From a virus (taxonomy: Duplodnaviria; Heunggongvirae; Uroviricota; Caudoviricetes): a DNA stretch of 64,000 bases. The stretch's first letter is position 1. Each line of letters begins with the position of its first letter. The translations under genes and the position numbers were made by a program. The notes beneath the pieces were generated by a model. It searched no databases, had not been told where the DNA came from, and saw nothing but the letters and a program-made list of their open reading frames with translations. The stretch lies in IMG/VR virus record IMGVR_UViG_3300035696_001272; one strand, given 5' to 3'. Of the stretch, positions 62,686 through 64,000 are shown one piece after another.

Positions 62686-63459
62686 ATGAAACTCCGAGAA
62701 CTACTTCAAGAAATGAAGACAGTACAAGAAGAAATAGGAGCCTCACCAGCTTTTATTTGCGGAGGTACGCCCAGAGATAAGTTTATGGGCCATTTGGAAA
62801 ATATCGCTGATTTAGATATTACAACGGGTGATAAAACAGTTGATTATCTTTCGCAAGAGTTTTATATCAAGTTTAGAAAACGTTACAACGTTACCAGAAA
62901 AGCTATGGAAGATGGTCATAGCACCATCTTTGTAGGTAAGTTAAAAGTAGACTTCTCATCTAATTTTATGGTTCCTAACATAGATCACATCTTAAATCAG
63001 ATGGGAATTAGAGAGCCCAGCGATATGCAGCGCGAAATGTTCAGTCGCGATTTTACATGCAATTCGCTTTTGTTGACTTTGGATTTAAAGAAAATCTTGG
63101 ATCCAACTAAGCATGGACTTCAAGATATCAAGGACCGTAAAATCAAGACATGCTTATCTCCAGAGATAACTTTAACCGCTAATAGAAACAGGGTAGTTAG
63201 GGCTATTTATCTGGCCTGTAAGCTAGATTTCAGTATCGATCATGCTATTATTGATTATGTAAGTAAGAACCCACAAACCGTTAAGATATCAACTGAAAAG
63301 TCTCTGACAGAGAAGTTAAATGATGCTTTTTCACGAGATGCCGATAAGGCCTCTTATCTTATCAGTAAAATGAATTTGTGGAGTTATATTCCCGTTACTG
63401 AAACTATGTATCCTTACTATATAAAGCAGACTCAAGGAATTACCAATGTCCAGAAATAA
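62686..63459 (+). CDS. Class II tRNA nucleotidyltransferase (CCA/poly(A) polymerase family)
   Basis: ICGGTPRD, ADLDIT (DxD), SRDFTCNSL, LDP..HG..DI....I, RVVRAI. Confidence 0.85.
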   Translation: MKLRELLQEMKTVQEEIGASPAFICGGTPRDKFMGHLENIADLDITTGDKTVDYLSQEFYIKFRKRYNVTRKAMEDGHSTIFVGKLKVDFSSNFMVPNIDHILNQMGIREPSDMQREMFSRDFTCNSLLLTLDLKKILDPTKHGLQDIKDRKIKTCLSPEITLTANRNRVVRAIYLACKLDFSIDHAIIDYVSKNPQTVKISTEKSLTEKLNDAFSRDADKASYLISKMNLWSYIPVTETMYPYYIKQTQGITNVQK

Positions 63460-64000
63460 AATAGCTTACTTTCAGGGCGGTGGTGGAGTAAACGAACCAA
63501 CTCCCGGTCAGAAAAAATATAAATCAGATCCAGCCTTGGTGGTTCAACCACGATTCAAGGAACCATTTTATCGCAACTACGATTTGTATACGATTCCTGG
63601 AATGGAGCACATCGGTCCCGGCACAGGCTGGCATGGTCTACAAAATTATAATACGGTGGAAGAATTTCTAGAAGCACGTCGAAAGAGACTCAAGCCCCGT
63701 TATGTTGCCGATGATTCTTGGCAAATTGATAGTGGCGAAAGAGTAAAAAAGAATCCTAATATCAAAGCTCGCGCTGCCATTTTTGAAAAAATTATCAAGC
63801 AAGCCCGCATGCCTGGAATGGGTTTAGTGCACCAATTGCAAAACAAATTCAAAGGTGATGATAACGATGGTCCCAACTTTGATTATGGTGATGGCGCTTA
63901 CACTGCTATGAGCGAAGGTAAAAAGATAAAGTCCATCACGGATGCTCCTCATAAGAGTCCGGGCGCCTTCTTTGCCGATGATAATGATGACCATATGCTA
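63446..64000 (+). CDS. Hypothetical protein, truncated by the window end
   Basis: Open frame from ATG 63446 (MSRNKIAYFQGGGG...) to the end of the window. Confidence 0.65.
   Translation, partial: MSRNKIAYFQGGGGVNEPTPGQKKYKSDPALVVQPRFKEPFYRNYDLYTIPGMEHIGPGTGWHGLQNYNTVEEFLEARRKRLKPRYVADDSWQIDSGERVKKNPNIKARAAIFEKIIKQARMPGMGLVHQLQNKFKGDDNDGPNFDYGDGAYTAMSEGKKIKSITDAPHKSPGAFFADDNDDHML

Noticed and set aside
1-64000. Genome-wide TAG reassignment (code 15)
   Set aside because: Long conserved genes (dnaE, sbcC, topA, tig, recA) are intact under code 11 with no internal TAG; in-frame TAGs were found only at codon 4 of two genes.

Overview
This 64-kb window reads as part of a jumbo/huge bacteriophage genome. 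It is densely coding, with about 97 complete genes nearly all on the + strand, and shows no bacterial housekeeping operon structure. Replication/recombination genes include dnaE, topA, a recA-like gene, a gp32-like SSB, SbcCD, a RuvC-like resolvase, a primase split into two genes 23 kb apart, and a dNMP kinase. The translation and protein quality-control set is unusually rich: 5 tRNAs including an amber (CUA) suppressor, a tmRNA, IF3, bS21, a stand-alone EF-Tu domain-3-like protein, peptide deformylase, trigger factor, DnaJ, a ClpP/ClpR-like pair, DksA, and Pth2-like, Thg1-like, HD and CCA-family tRNA enzymes. There are also nucleotide-sugar genes, free-standing HNH/GIY-YIG endonucleases and a probable virion-protein cluster at the right end. 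The strongest candidate for a new system is at 3370-5146. Two adjacent genes (an HD phosphohydrolase and a Pth2-like peptidyl-tRNA hydrolase) both begin with the same 3-codon minigene, ATG-(A/T)GT-CTA-TAG, in frame with the main ORF. They lie about 0.8-1.7 kb upstream of a CUA-anticodon suppressor tRNA, in a region where TAG is otherwise almost unused and not globally recoded. This suggests amber-readthrough-gated expression of tRNA-recycling enzymes. A recurring (T/G/C)GATATAT element 8-10 nt before SD-less start codons suggests a promoter producing leaderless mRNAs. All family assignments come from motif recognition by eye; no database searches were run.
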